A stretch of 64,000 bases of DNA from an uncultured bacterium (GCA_964435975.1 CAYTBI010000004.1:30529-94528), one strand, 5' to 3'; shown: positions 9,362 through 18,956, numbered from the stretch's first letter. The notes: generated by a model not told the origin, from the letters alone. Program-made: numbers and translations.

Positions 9362-10564
9362 ATGAATGCACTCGGATTGGGCCTTGCCGGATTATCGCTT
9401 CTCATTTGGCTGGTTTTATTGCTTGGGTGGGGCCAGTTTTGGCGCGCCGACCAGCGCCTAGACGAGGCAGGTTCGGTCGCCACAGCGCCCGACGACGGCC
9501 CTTGGCCGAGCATTGGCGCGATCGTGCCCGCTCGCAACGAAGCCGATACGATCCCCACGACCCTCAAATCGCTCCTGCAGCAGAATTATCCGGGAGAATT
9601 CGCGGTGACGCTGACCGACGACTGCAGCACCGACGGCACCGGCGATCTGGCGCGACAGGCAGCAGCAGAACTCCATAAATCGAGCCAGCTGGAGGTGATT
9701 TCCGGCCAGCCACTGCCCCCCGGCTGGAGCGGCAAGCTTTGGGCCCTCGAGCAGGGCATTCGCCAGGCCGGCACGCGTGCGGTGCGGCCCGATTATTTTC
9801 TGCTTACCGATGCCGACATCGTTCATGCGCCGGGAAACCTGGCCCGACTTGCCCGCAAAGCCGAGGGCGAAGATCTCGATCTCGTTTCGCTGATGGTGCG
9901 CCTGCGCTGCGAGAGCTTCTGGGAGCGCGCGCTGATTCCGGCGTTTATTTTCTTTTTCCAGAAGCTCTACCCCTTCCGGTGGGCAAATTCTCCCCAAAAT
10001 CGCCTGGCGGCGGCGGCGGGGGGCTGCATCCTGCTGCGGCGCGAGGCCCTCGAGCGCATTGGCGGCATTGCTGCTATCCAGCACGCCTTAATTGATGACT
10101 GCGCTCTGGCTGCCAAGGTGAAAGCGGGCGGCAAAATCTGGCTGGGTCTTTCCGAAGCGACCTACAGCCTGCGGCCCTACGAATCGCTGGGGAGTATTTG
10201 GGACATGGTGGCGCGCACGGCCTATACCCAGCTCAACTATTCGCCTTTGCTGCTGGCTGGCACGCTTTTGGGTATGGTGCTGACCTATTTAGTTGGCCCT
10301 ATTAGTGCGATTTGGGGCCTCGCCAGCGGCCAGGGTGCGATCGCCACGGTCGGTGCTCTGATCTGGGGCGCGATCGCGCTGGCCTATTGGCCGACGGTGA
10401 AACTCTACCGCCAGTCGCCCCTGTGGACCGTGGCGCTGCCGGCGATCGCAGCAATCTATACCCTGGCAACGGTTGACTCGGCCTGGCGGCACTGGCGTGG
10501 CAAAGGAGGTGCTTGGAAGGGTCGCGTCTACCAAACTGCCGGCGAGGCTTCACTTGACAGATAA
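9362..10564 (+). CDS. Family-2 glycosyltransferase, hopanoid-associated HpnB-like
   Basis: Membrane GT2 (DDCSTDGT, TDADIVH, multiple C-terminal TM helices) divergent from shc. The HpnB assignment rests on context and architecture only. Confidence 0.6.
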   Translation: MNALGLGLAGLSLLIWLVLLLGWGQFWRADQRLDEAGSVATAPDDGPWPSIGAIVPARNEADTIPTTLKSLLQQNYPGEFAVTLTDDCSTDGTGDLARQAAAELHKSSQLEVISGQPLPPGWSGKLWALEQGIRQAGTRAVRPDYFLLTDADIVHAPGNLARLARKAEGEDLDLVSLMVRLRCESFWERALIPAFIFFFQKLYPFRWANSPQNRLAAAAGGCILLRREALERIGGIAAIQHALIDDCALAAKVKAGGKIWLGLSEATYSLRPYESLGSIWDMVARTAYTQLNYSPLLLAGTLLGMVLTYLVGPISAIWGLASGQGAIATVGALIWGAIALAYWPTVKLYRQSPLWTVALPAIAAIYTLATVDSAWRHWRGKGGAWKGRVYQTAGEASLDR

Positions 10565-10602
10565 ACGATCGCGAGGGGGCCTGGTTTACCAAGACTTGCG
10601 AG

Positions 10603-11742
10603 CTATCCGCTTGAGGGTGTCTTCTCTAGCTCCAACAACGCCAGCAGCTGAGACCGTGGCAAGCTCGCGCGCTCGTACAATGCAGTCAAGACCTGCGGTG
10701 CGGCATCAAAAAAATCGTAGTTAGCCCGACTCGAAACAACGGGCATACCCAGCATCTCCATCGCCCCGAAAACATCTCCGGGCAGCTCCACGAGCACTTC
10801 ACTCTCGATGTTGCGAGGCAGCAGGCAAACCCCCTCTGGCAAGCAAGCCAAGTTAAAGGGGATGGGTTCGGTACGCGCCTGCAGGCGATCGACAAAGGGA
10901 AAAATATCGTCAACGCCCGCATCCTGGCGGAAAACGAGTGCGGTGGCTGGATAGCTATCTGGGATGCCAGCGGAACCGTACCAAGTCAGCCCGCCCCTGG
11001 CGATCGCGCGCTCGAGGGCGAGCTTTTGCGAGATAGCAAGCGATTGCAGGTGAATGTGATTGACCGAAGCCCCTGCATGCAGAGAATTATAAAAAAACAG
11101 GGTATTGGCGCTCATTTTAGCGAGTGCCAGCGCGTCTTCTAAAAAAGAATGGGTCAGACGCTGGGGGTGATGGGGTATCGCCCCCAGCGGCCGCACCGGA
11201 ACCCAGAGAAAGTGACCTGCAGCTTCAATAGGAAAGGCGTTGTAGTACCCGTGCCAGTAGCTGTTGGGCAATTCGACGCGAGCGAGAGGGTCGCGTGCGA
11301 GCAAGCTATTGCCCGAGTTGGGTCCGGTTGCCACTTGGCAGTCGAAGCGGCAATCATACCAAGCGCTCGAGATCTCGGGCTGGCGACCGGGCTGGCGGCG
11401 CTTGGCACCCGGCCGCCAGGCACGCCCGCGATTGAAGCGAACGCTAAAATCCGTGCCGGGCAGGGGTTTTTCGAGGGTGGGTTGGGCAATTTCGTGGCCT
11501 GTGGTGCGGTTGCGCGCGAAAAACTCGCAACGACCGTCCGCGAGCCGCACCCCCGCAACAATTGTCTCGCCCGACTCCCCGACCCCCGCAATTGCCGCCT
11601 CGAGGGGAAATTCAACGCAGACTTTGCCGGCTGCCACGGCGCGGCGCCATGCCTGCGACAAGTTCGAGACCATTGTCATATCGGTCATATTTGCCTTTGC
11701 CTGCTGTCGAATCCGTTGCTGCCGCTCGCTTGTGTCCGGCAC
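10603..11742 (-). CDS. HIT-superfamily (GalT/Apa2/GDP-hexose phosphorylase branch)-like protein, function unknown
   Basis: 379-aa ORF starting at GTG. Motifs YNAFPIEAAGHFLWVP and ASVNHIHLQS (HxHxQ). The true start may be an internal ATG (about 11688). Confidence 0.45.
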   Translation of the reverse strand: MPDTSERQQRIRQQAKANMTDMTMVSNLSQAWRRAVAAGKVCVEFPLEAAIAGVGESGETIVAGVRLADGRCEFFARNRTTGHEIAQPTLEKPLPGTDFSVRFNRGRAWRPGAKRRQPGRQPEISSAWYDCRFDCQVATGPNSGNSLLARDPLARVELPNSYWHGYYNAFPIEAAGHFLWVPVRPLGAIPHHPQRLTHSFLEDALALAKMSANTLFFYNSLHAGASVNHIHLQSLAISQKLALERAIARGGLTWYGSAGIPDSYPATALVFRQDAGVDDIFPFVDRLQARTEPIPFNLACLPEGVCLLPRNIESEVLVELPGDVFGAMEMLGMPVVSSRANYDFFDAAPQVLTALYERASLPRSQLLALLELEKTPSSG

Positions 11743-11792
11743 CCTTTAGCCTGTATGTATGAAAGAGCAGTTTTGCTGGCTTCTAACTCTAC

Positions 11793-12308
11793 ATGTTGTT
11801 TCGGACTTTCCTGCAGGCGATCGCCACGGTTTTTGCTGCGAGCGTTCTTTGGGTACTGGTGCCCCAGCCCGCGCGCGCCCAAGCCAATCAGTATTACGAC
11901 CCGCCTGCCTCCTACAGCAATGCCGAGCTAGCCGGCCGCGATTTTTCCGGTCAGATGCTGCAGATGACGGAATTCTCCAACACCAACCTGCGCCGCAGCA
12001 AGTTCCGGGATGCTGACTTGCGCGGTGCGGTCCTGAGCGCCTCGAGCCTGCGCGAAGCCGACCTGCGCGGTGCCAATCTGGCCTACGCCCTCGCCGAGCG
12101 CGTTGATTTTGGGGAGGCCAACCTGAGCGGCACGATTTGGACCGAGGCACTGCTGCTGTTTTCCACCTTTGAGAATGCCGAGATTGCCGATGCCGACTTT
12201 AGCGGTGCGCTCCTCGATGGCGCTCAGGTCAAGGCCCTCTGCCAGAGCGCGCGGGGAACCAACCCTCAAACCGGCGTCGCGACCCGCGAATCCTTGGGAT
12301 GCCCCTAG
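11793..12308 (+). CDS. Pentapeptide-repeat protein with signal peptide (probably lumenal/periplasmic)
   Basis: Signal-like N-terminus, then A(D/N)LxG-type pentapeptide repeats (ADLRGAVLSASSLREADLRGANLAYA...). Confidence 0.8.
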   Translation: MLFRTFLQAIATVFAASVLWVLVPQPARAQANQYYDPPASYSNAELAGRDFSGQMLQMTEFSNTNLRRSKFRDADLRGAVLSASSLREADLRGANLAYALAERVDFGEANLSGTIWTEALLLFSTFENAEIADADFSGALLDGAQVKALCQSARGTNPQTGVATRESLGCP

Positions 12309-13435
12309 AAAATTCCATCGGCGTCGTCGGTGGCGGCCAACTGGCCCTCATGCTGGCGGCGGCCGCACGCAACCTCGATCTCGAACTCTGGGTGCAAGCG
12401 GCTGCCCCCGACGATCCGGCAGTGGCGCTAGCTGCTGGCGTCGTTTGGGGAGCTGCCGACGATGTTGAGGCCACCGCCGAGCTGGCAACTCGGGTCCGCA
12501 TCATTGCCTTCGAAAACGAATTTGTCGACTTGCGCGCTCTCGCGCGCCTAACGGGGGTCGAGTTTTGCCCGAGCTTGCTCGCCCTCGCACCGCTGCTCGA
12601 TAAATTCCACCAACGCACCTTTTTGCAAGCTGCAGGGATTCCGGTCCCGGAGTTTGCCCCGCTGGCCCCGGGTCGCCCAGCTAAATCCCCGTTTGGCTAT
12701 CCGGTCGTCCTCAAGTCGCGCCGCCAGGGCTACGACGGCCGGGGAACAGAAATTTGCCAAGATGCCCCCCAGCTCGCCACCACCTGGGACCGTTTGGGTC
12801 GCCCTGCAGGCTGGCTCATCGAAGCTTTCGTGCCGTTCGATCGCGAACTCGCAATCGTCGCCGCCCGCGATCGCGCTGGGGAAATTGCCCTGCTGCCCGT
12901 AGTCGAGACCCAGCAAGAGCAAGGCGTCTGCCAGCGCGTCTGCGTTCCTGCGGGGGTGCCGGTAGCAATTGAGACGCGCGCGCGCGCAATCGCCATTCAG
13001 GTGCTCGAGCGCCTCGATGTTGTCGGCATTTTGGGGATCGAGTTTTTTTTGACCCCAACTGGCGCGCTGCTTGCAAACGAGCTGGCCCCGCGCACCCACA
13101 ACTCCGGCCATTTCAGCCTCGATGCCTGCTCGGTGTCGCAATTTACTCTGCAATTGCAGGCAGTTGCGGGCTTGCCCTTGAGCCAGCCGCCGGTCCTGAC
13201 CGCTCCGGGAGCGGTCATGGTGAACTTATTGGGCTTCGAGAACCGCACCCACAGCGACTACGCCGACAAGCGCGCGCGTCTGGCCGACCTGGCCGATACG
13301 CACGTTCACTGGTACGGCAAATCCGAGGCGCGTCCGGGGCGCAAGCTCGGTCATGTCACGAGTTGCTTGGCAACAGCAGATCGCGCGGCGGCAATGGCAA
13401 TGGCCGATCGCATTGCGGCCATTTGGTACGGCTAG
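12299..13435 (+). CDS. purK: N5-carboxyaminoimidazole ribonucleotide synthase
   Basis: 378-aa ATP-grasp protein (GVVGGGQLALM, VVLKSRRQGYDGRG, ELAPRTHNSGH). Overlaps the upstream gene by 10 nt. Confidence 0.9.
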   Translation: MPLENSIGVVGGGQLALMLAAAARNLDLELWVQAAAPDDPAVALAAGVVWGAADDVEATAELATRVRIIAFENEFVDLRALARLTGVEFCPSLLALAPLLDKFHQRTFLQAAGIPVPEFAPLAPGRPAKSPFGYPVVLKSRRQGYDGRGTEICQDAPQLATTWDRLGRPAGWLIEAFVPFDRELAIVAARDRAGEIALLPVVETQQEQGVCQRVCVPAGVPVAIETRARAIAIQVLERLDVVGILGIEFFLTPTGALLANELAPRTHNSGHFSLDACSVSQFTLQLQAVAGLPLSQPPVLTAPGAVMVNLLGFENRTHSDYADKRARLADLADTHVHWYGKSEARPGRKLGHVTSCLATADRAAAMAMADRIAAIWYG

Positions 13436-13440
13436 CGTCC

Positions 13441-13627
13441 CCTTGGAAGTTCTCAGATAGAGTCGGTATCATGGGGTAACAGCCGCGCTACGGCGTTGGT
13501 GACTGCCAATAGTGTTTTTTGATCTACAACTAGACCTAAGCGGGAGCTGGCTTGTCTGTGGCGGTAAACCGGGCTTGGACCCGGAAACTTTTAAGCAGAG
13601 TGGTCGGCGCCCACCTGAGCTTTTAGG
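13441..13627 (+). ncRNA. ssrS: Candidate 6S RNA (ssrS/ssaA)
   Basis: About 187 nt of non-coding sequence directly 3' of purK. The 5' end CCUUGGAAGUUCUCAG can pair with the 3' end CUGAGCUUUUAGG to close a long, irregular rod with internal hairpins (for example CCGGG-CUUGGA-CCCGG). From memory, purK-6S linkage is reported in cyanobacteria. Ends are approximate. Confidence 0.45.
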
Positions 13628-13680
13628 TCATAAACTGAGGTAAGACGGCGTCGCGGTGGGCTGCTTTTCGAGTCTTTGCA

Positions 13681-13711
13681 AACCTTCTGGCTTTCGAGCT
13701 GGAAGGTTTTT
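13681..13711 (+). terminator. Rho-independent terminator candidate
   Basis: AACCUUCUGGC-UUUCGA-GCUGGAAGGUU stem (including G-U pairs) followed by UUUUU. Confidence 0.55.
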
Positions 13712-13810
13712 GCCGTAGAAGGCTGCTAATATGGTCGGCATTGCCTGTGTCTTGTCGAGAGTCTCTTGCACGCATCCGCTGGCTACTTTGAAGAACCTGT
13801 TTCTGCTGCT

Positions 13811-15067
13811 ATGACGACACCAGCCCCCAGAACCCACCGCTACAGCTGCGGGCTGACCCTCGTTCATCAAGAGATTGCGACGACACCAGCAGTGGTTGCT
13901 GATGTTTGGGTGCGCGCCGGCGCGGCAGCCGAACCTCCCGAGCTAGGAGGCATCGCCCACTTTCTCGAGCACATGCTCTTCAAAGGAACCGATCGCCTGC
14001 CACCGGGGGCGTTTGACTGGGCCATCGAATCTTGCGGGGGAGCGACCAACGCTGCTACCAGCCACGATTACGCCCACTTCCACCTGACGGTCGCGGCCGA
14101 ATATTTGCCCCGAACCTTGCCCTACTTGGCCGAGCTACTCCTGCGCCCCGCCCTACCCGCCGACGAGTTCGAGCGCGAGCGCTGGGTGGTCCTCGAAGAA
14201 ATCCGCGCCTGCCAGGACGAGCCGGAGTGGCTGGGCTTCCAGTGCTTGGGCGAGTTGCTCTACGGTAGCCATGCCTACGGGCGCTCGATTTTAGGCGATC
14301 CCGATGGCTTGCAGGCCCACGCACCCGCCCACATGCGCCAGTTCTACGAGCACTGCTATCGGCCTGAGAATATGACCGTTGCTCTGGTTGGTGCTATCGA
14401 TAGTGAAGCGGCCAAAGCCCTGGTAGATGAAGCATTTGCTGAGTTTTCACCACCACCGACTGCATCGTTCTTCCGTTCGAGTGCCGAGCCACTGCCACTG
14501 CCGCTGGCGTCCGTGCGCCGCGAACGACTGCAGGTGCCACGCCTCGAGGCCGGACGCCTGCTGTTAGGATGGGTGGGGCCGGGAATTGACGATTTAGAAA
14601 CCGGCTATTGCCTCGATTTGCTAGCTACGATTTTGGCCGAAGGGCGATCGGCGCGTTTGGTGCGAGAGCTTGTCGAAGAGCGCCAGCTTGCCTTCGATAT
14701 CAGCAGTGCCTTTTCTCTGCAGCGCGATGCCAGCCTGTTTACCATCGCAGCCGTTGCCCCGCCCCAAGTTTTGAGCGACATCGAAGCAATTACGATCGAG
14801 CGCCTGGCCGAGCTGGCGGCCGTTCCCGTTACTGCTGCCGAGCTAGCGCGAGCCCAGCGGCTGCTTTGCCAGGATTATGCTTTCTCGACGGAAACCCCCG
14901 GCCAGCTCGCCGGTCTTTACGGGTACTACCAAACCCTGGCAAGGGCCGAGCTGGCACTGGCTTATCCCCACCGCATTCGGCAAATTGCTGCAGCCGATCT
15001 GATGCAGGTCGCGCGCCGGTATCTTTCTCCTCAGGGCTACGCCGCTACAGTCGTTGAGCCTGCCTAG
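13811..15067 (+). CDS. M16 (pitrilysin) family zinc peptidase, active subunit
   Basis: Inverted zinc motif HFLEHMLFKGT. Internal ATG chosen (MTTPAPRTHRY...). Confidence 0.85.
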   Translation: MTTPAPRTHRYSCGLTLVHQEIATTPAVVADVWVRAGAAAEPPELGGIAHFLEHMLFKGTDRLPPGAFDWAIESCGGATNAATSHDYAHFHLTVAAEYLPRTLPYLAELLLRPALPADEFERERWVVLEEIRACQDEPEWLGFQCLGELLYGSHAYGRSILGDPDGLQAHAPAHMRQFYEHCYRPENMTVALVGAIDSEAAKALVDEAFAEFSPPPTASFFRSSAEPLPLPLASVRRERLQVPRLEAGRLLLGWVGPGIDDLETGYCLDLLATILAEGRSARLVRELVEERQLAFDISSAFSLQRDASLFTIAAVAPPQVLSDIEAITIERLAELAAVPVTAAELARAQRLLCQDYAFSTETPGQLAGLYGYYQTLARAELALAYPHRIRQIAAADLMQVARRYLSPQGYAATVVEPA

Positions 15068-15078
15068 GGAGATAAGCC

Positions 15079-16344
15079 ATGCAGAACGTAGAGCGGACGG
15101 TGCTGGCAAATGGCGTGACGGTAATTGCGATCGCCAACCCCGTTGCCGATATCGTTGCCGGGCGACTGTTTCTGCAGCAGGCCGGTCAGCGGGTGGAGCG
15201 CCCGCAGCAGGCAGGAATTTCTCACTTGGTGACAACCCTACTTGCGAAAGGCACGACGACGGCAAGCGCGGCGGAGATTGCCGATCGCGTCGAATCGATG
15301 GGGGCGAGCTTGGGTGCGGACGCCGCGAGCGACTATCTCCAGCTTGGTTTCAAGACCGTCTCTGCCGATTTTGATGCTCTCTTGAAGCTGGTTGGCGACA
15401 TGCTGCGATCGCCAACCTTCCCCCAGCGGGAAGTCGATCTGGAGCGATCGCTGACCCTCCAGGGCATTCGCGCCGAACTCGAGCAACCGTTTAACGTCGC
15501 GCTGCGGCAGCTGCGGGCGGTGATGTATGACGAGCATCCCTACGGCTTGCCCCTCCTCGGCCGAGAAGAAACCGTCAGCGCCCTCACCCAAGCGGACCTG
15601 CGCGCCTATCACCAGCGCTACTTTCGCCCCGACCGCCTTGTCATTAGCTTGGCCGGCAATATTACGGCCGCTCGGGCCGTCGAGGCCGTTGAGGCTATCT
15701 TCGGCGACTGGCGCGTCCCCGAGCTACCGCCAGAGATTCCCCAGTTTGCCGAACCAGTTGCGGCCCCGCAACGGCGCGCGCGCCCCCAACCCACCCAGCA
15801 GGCAATCGTCATGTTGGGATACTTCGCCGGCAGTGTGACTAGTGCCGATTACGCAGCCCTGAAGCTGCTCAATGTCTACCTAGGAAACGGTCTCTCGAGT
15901 CGCCTTTTTGTGGAGCTGCGCGAAAAGCGCGGCCTCGCCTATGATGTCTCGGCTTTTTACCCGACGCGCCTGGAAACCTCGCAGTTTGTGACCTACATCG
16001 GCACGGCCCCCGAAAACGCGACTATCGCCTGCGATGGATTGCGCCAAGAGGTCGATCGCCTGCGGGCAGCACCCCTGAGCCAAGAAGAGTGGCAAGTTGC
16101 CAGCAACAAGTTGCTCGGTCAGTATGCCCTCGGCAAGCAGAGCAATGCCCAGGTTGCCCAGCTCTATGGCTGGTACGAGACCCTGGGCTTGGGCCTCGAA
16201 TTCGATGGTGAGTTTCAAGCCCGCGTGGCTGCCGTCACCGCCGAAGAGGCCTGGCAGGCTGCCTGCCACTACTTTGCGGGCGAGCCCTATATCTCCCTAG
16301 TCGGGCCGCCCGAGGCGATCTCCCGAGGAGAGACTGCCCCATGA
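15079..16344 (+). CDS. M16 family peptidase, non-catalytic partner subunit
   Basis: Same fold, but the HxxEH position reads ISHLVTTLLAKGT (motif lost). This is the classic active/inactive pair arrangement. Confidence 0.8.
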   Translation: MQNVERTVLANGVTVIAIANPVADIVAGRLFLQQAGQRVERPQQAGISHLVTTLLAKGTTTASAAEIADRVESMGASLGADAASDYLQLGFKTVSADFDALLKLVGDMLRSPTFPQREVDLERSLTLQGIRAELEQPFNVALRQLRAVMYDEHPYGLPLLGREETVSALTQADLRAYHQRYFRPDRLVISLAGNITAARAVEAVEAIFGDWRVPELPPEIPQFAEPVAAPQRRARPQPTQQAIVMLGYFAGSVTSADYAALKLLNVYLGNGLSSRLFVELREKRGLAYDVSAFYPTRLETSQFVTYIGTAPENATIACDGLRQEVDRLRAAPLSQEEWQVASNKLLGQYALGKQSNAQVAQLYGWYETLGLGLEFDGEFQARVAAVTAEEAWQAACHYFAGEPYISLVGPPEAISRGETAP

Positions 16345-16850
16345 AGGCTGCAGCAGAAGGCGTTTGGGAGCTTGCCGCCCTACAAGCAGCCATTGCCGCC
16401 GAGCCGGCACGCTGGCGGCCTCTGGTGTTTACCAACGGGTGCTTCGACTTGCTGCATGTGGGACACCTACGCTACTTGCAAACGGCAAGAACCTTCGGCC
16501 GGGCTTTAGTGGTGGGCCTCAACAGCGATGCTTCCGTTGCGTCGATCAAGCCGCCCAAGCCGGGGCAGCCCCCCAGGCCGATCGTCCCTCAGGCCCAGCG
16601 CGCCGAGCTACTCGCAGCCCTCAAGCCCGTCGATGCGGCGGTCATCTTTGCCGAAACCACGGCGACGGCGACGATCGCGGCCCTCGAGCCAGATGTCTAC
16701 GTCAAAGGTGGCGACTACACCCCCGCAACCTTGCCAGAGACACCCGCTGTCGAGGCCTGCGGCGGGCGCATCGAGCTGGTGCCATTTGAAATTTCCACCT
16801 CTACCTCGGCGATCGTCACGCGCATTCTTGCGGCAATGGGCTTAACTTAA
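16341..16850 (+). CDS. RfaE domain II-like cytidylyl/adenylyltransferase (HldC-like)
   Basis: FTNGCFDLLHVGHLRYL nucleotidyltransferase motif. 169 aa, with an ATGA overlap on the upstream M16 gene. Confidence 0.75.
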   Translation: MKAAAEGVWELAALQAAIAAEPARWRPLVFTNGCFDLLHVGHLRYLQTARTFGRALVVGLNSDASVASIKPPKPGQPPRPIVPQAQRAELLAALKPVDAAVIFAETTATATIAALEPDVYVKGGDYTPATLPETPAVEACGGRIELVPFEISTSTSAIVTRILAAMGLT

Positions 16851-16957
16851 GGCCGGGACCCGAGAACCTGTGGTACAGTAAGAATTTGTCGCAACTACTT
16901 TACAAGAGATGCCCGCTGGGGTTTTTCCGCACGAATTAGATTTCTGCACGAACTAAG

Positions 16958-17227
16958 ATGAGCCTGACCCAAGAAGCCAAGCAAGAAATTATCAATTCTT
17001 ACCAAATCCACGAGACCGACACCGGATCGGCTCGCGTTCAGATTGCCATTCTGACCAAGCGCATCTCCGAGCTGACGGAGCACCTCAAGATCAACAAAAA
17101 AGATCACTCCTCTCGTCGGGGCCTGCTGAAGCTGATCGGCCGTCGCCGTCGCCTGCTAACCTACGTTCAGAAAAAAGCACCCGACACCTACCAGGACTTG
17201 ATTCAGGGCCTGGGCATTCGCCGTTAA
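16958..17227 (+). CDS. rpsO: 30S ribosomal protein S15
   Basis: 89 aa. Typical S15 sequence ([46 protein letters not shown]). Confidence 0.95.
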   Translation: MSLTQEAKQEIINSYQIHETDTGSARVQIAILTKRISELTEHLKINKKDHSSRRGLLKLIGRRRRLLTYVQKKAPDTYQDLIQGLGIRR

Positions 17228-17241
17228 TTTCGAGTTAATTT

Positions 17242-17745
17242 ATGGCTTCCCAACGCGATCGCCTGCCCTTCGAGCCCGCCCGCAGCAAGCGCAAGGAGAA
17301 ATCCAAGCCGGAGAAATCTCAAGGGGCCGACACCAGCCAACAGCCACCAACTGCTACTGCCCCTACTACCCAGCCGGTGCCCATCGCCCGAGATAAAGCA
17401 AATGCCAGCCTTGCGGCCATCCCTGAGGCGGTCAGTCGGCGCATGGTGCGGCGCATGGCCATTGCTACCGGCGTTCCCACGGGTTTGGGTATTGCGAGCT
17501 TTTTTGCGTTTTATGTTGTGGTTACCCAAGAGTGGTTCGAGCTGCCTGCTTCGGCGGTTTTGCTGGTCACCGCCGGGCTCTTTGGTCTGGGCGTGGTGGG
17601 CTTAAGCTACGGCATTCTTTCTGCCTCCTGGGACGAGCAGCGCGTCGGCAGCTTCATCGGCTGGGAGGAGTTTACCCTCAATGCCGGCCGCGTTTGGGAA
17701 TCTTGGCGAGCGGCCCGCCGCGAAGCTCGGGGAACCAAAGAGTAA
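17242..17745 (+). CDS. PAM68-like (DUF3464) photosystem II assembly factor
   Basis: Basic, low-complexity N-terminus, then two TM helices (IPEAVSRRMVRRMAIATGVPTGLGIASFF...LVTAGLFGLGVVGLSYGILSASWD). Located immediately after rpsO. Confidence 0.65.
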   Translation: MASQRDRLPFEPARSKRKEKSKPEKSQGADTSQQPPTATAPTTQPVPIARDKANASLAAIPEAVSRRMVRRMAIATGVPTGLGIASFFAFYVVVTQEWFELPASAVLLVTAGLFGLGVVGLSYGILSASWDEQRVGSFIGWEEFTLNAGRVWESWRAARREARGTKE

Positions 17746-17894
17746 ATAGCGAATTAAGGTCTGCCAGGCAGAGGCGCGATCGCTGCTAAGGTGAACTCTA
17801 TAATTTTTTGCACTGTTTTTCTGTAGTGAGGCCGCCCGAGTGCCGCACTGCCACACCTACGGTAAGGTTGAAGAAGGTTGAGGGTTTTAAAAAG

Positions 17895-18956
17895 ATGATT
17901 GTTGTCATGAAGGTGGGATCGCCAGAAGCTGAAATCTCCCGGCTCTGCGATGAAATGAACCAGCAAGGCCTGACGCCTGAGAAAATTGTTGGCAAGCACA
18001 AGGTTGTCATCGGCCTGGTTGGGGATACGGCCTCCCTAGATCCGCTCCAAGTGCAAGAGTGCAGTCCTTGGATTGAAGATGTCTTGCGCGTGGAGAAGCC
18101 CTTCAAGCGAGCGAGCCGCGAATATCGCCACGGCGAGCCCAGCACCGTCGAGGTGACCACGCCTCTAGGAAGCGTTCCCTTTGGGGAGCAACACCCGGTT
18201 GTGGTCGTTGCCGGTCCTTGCTCGGTCGAGAATGAGGAGATGATCGTCGAGACGGCCAAGCGTGTGCGCGCTGCTGGGGCGCAGTTCTTGCGCGGTGGCG
18301 CTTACAAGCCCAGAACCTCACCCTACTCCTTCCAGGGCCACGGCGAGAGCGCCCTCGAGCTACTTGCAGCAGCCCGCGAAGCCAGCGGCCTTGGCATCAT
18401 CACCGAGGTCATGGACACCGCCGATGTCGAGAAAATTGGTGCGGTGGCTGACGTCCTTCAAGTTGGGGCGCGCAACATGCAAAACTTTGCCCTCTTGAAA
18501 AAAGTTGGCGCCCAGCCCAAACCCGTCCTACTCAAGCGCGGCATGGCTGCCACGATTGACGATTGGCTCATGGCAGCAGAGTATGTTTTGGCTGCGGGTA
18601 ACGCCAACGTCATTCTCTGCGAGCGAGGCATCCGAACCTTCGATCGCAGCTACACCCGCAACACCCTCGATCTCTCGGTCGTCCCTGTATTGCGATCTTT
18701 GACCCACCTGCCAATTATGATCGACCCGAGCCATGGCACGGGCAAGTCTGAGTTTGTCCCCGATATGGCCCGCGCCAGCGTTGCTATCGGCACGGATTCT
18801 TTAATGATTGAGGTTCACCCCAATCCAGCTAAGGCTCTATCCGACGGCCCTCAATCCCTGACGCCCGATGCCTTCGATCGCCTGATGCGCGAGCTGAGTG
18901 TCATGGGTAATGCCGTCGAGCGCTGGCCCCAACCAGCGATGGCAACTGCCAGCTAG
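17895..18956 (+). CDS. 3-deoxy-7-phosphoheptulonate (DAHP) synthase, type I-beta with N-terminal regulatory domain
   Basis: MIVVMK... ferredoxin-like N-domain, then VVVAGPCSVENEEM, GAYKPRTSPYSFQG, IMIDPSHG. Confidence 0.85.
   Translation: MIVVMKVGSPEAEISRLCDEMNQQGLTPEKIVGKHKVVIGLVGDTASLDPLQVQECSPWIEDVLRVEKPFKRASREYRHGEPSTVEVTTPLGSVPFGEQHPVVVVAGPCSVENEEMIVETAKRVRAAGAQFLRGGAYKPRTSPYSFQGHGESALELLAAAREASGLGIITEVMDTADVEKIGAVADVLQVGARNMQNFALLKKVGAQPKPVLLKRGMAATIDDWLMAAEYVLAAGNANVILCERGIRTFDRSYTRNTLDLSVVPVLRSLTHLPIMIDPSHGTGKSEFVPDMARASVAIGTDSLMIEVHPNPAKALSDGPQSLTPDAFDRLMRELSVMGNAVERWPQPAMATAS

Noticed and set aside
13628-13870. An 80-aa minus-strand ORF in the purK-M16 intergenic region.
   Set aside because: It overlaps the terminator hairpin and the start of the M16 peptidase gene and has no recognisable features. 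The region is better explained by the structured RNA plus terminator on the plus strand.
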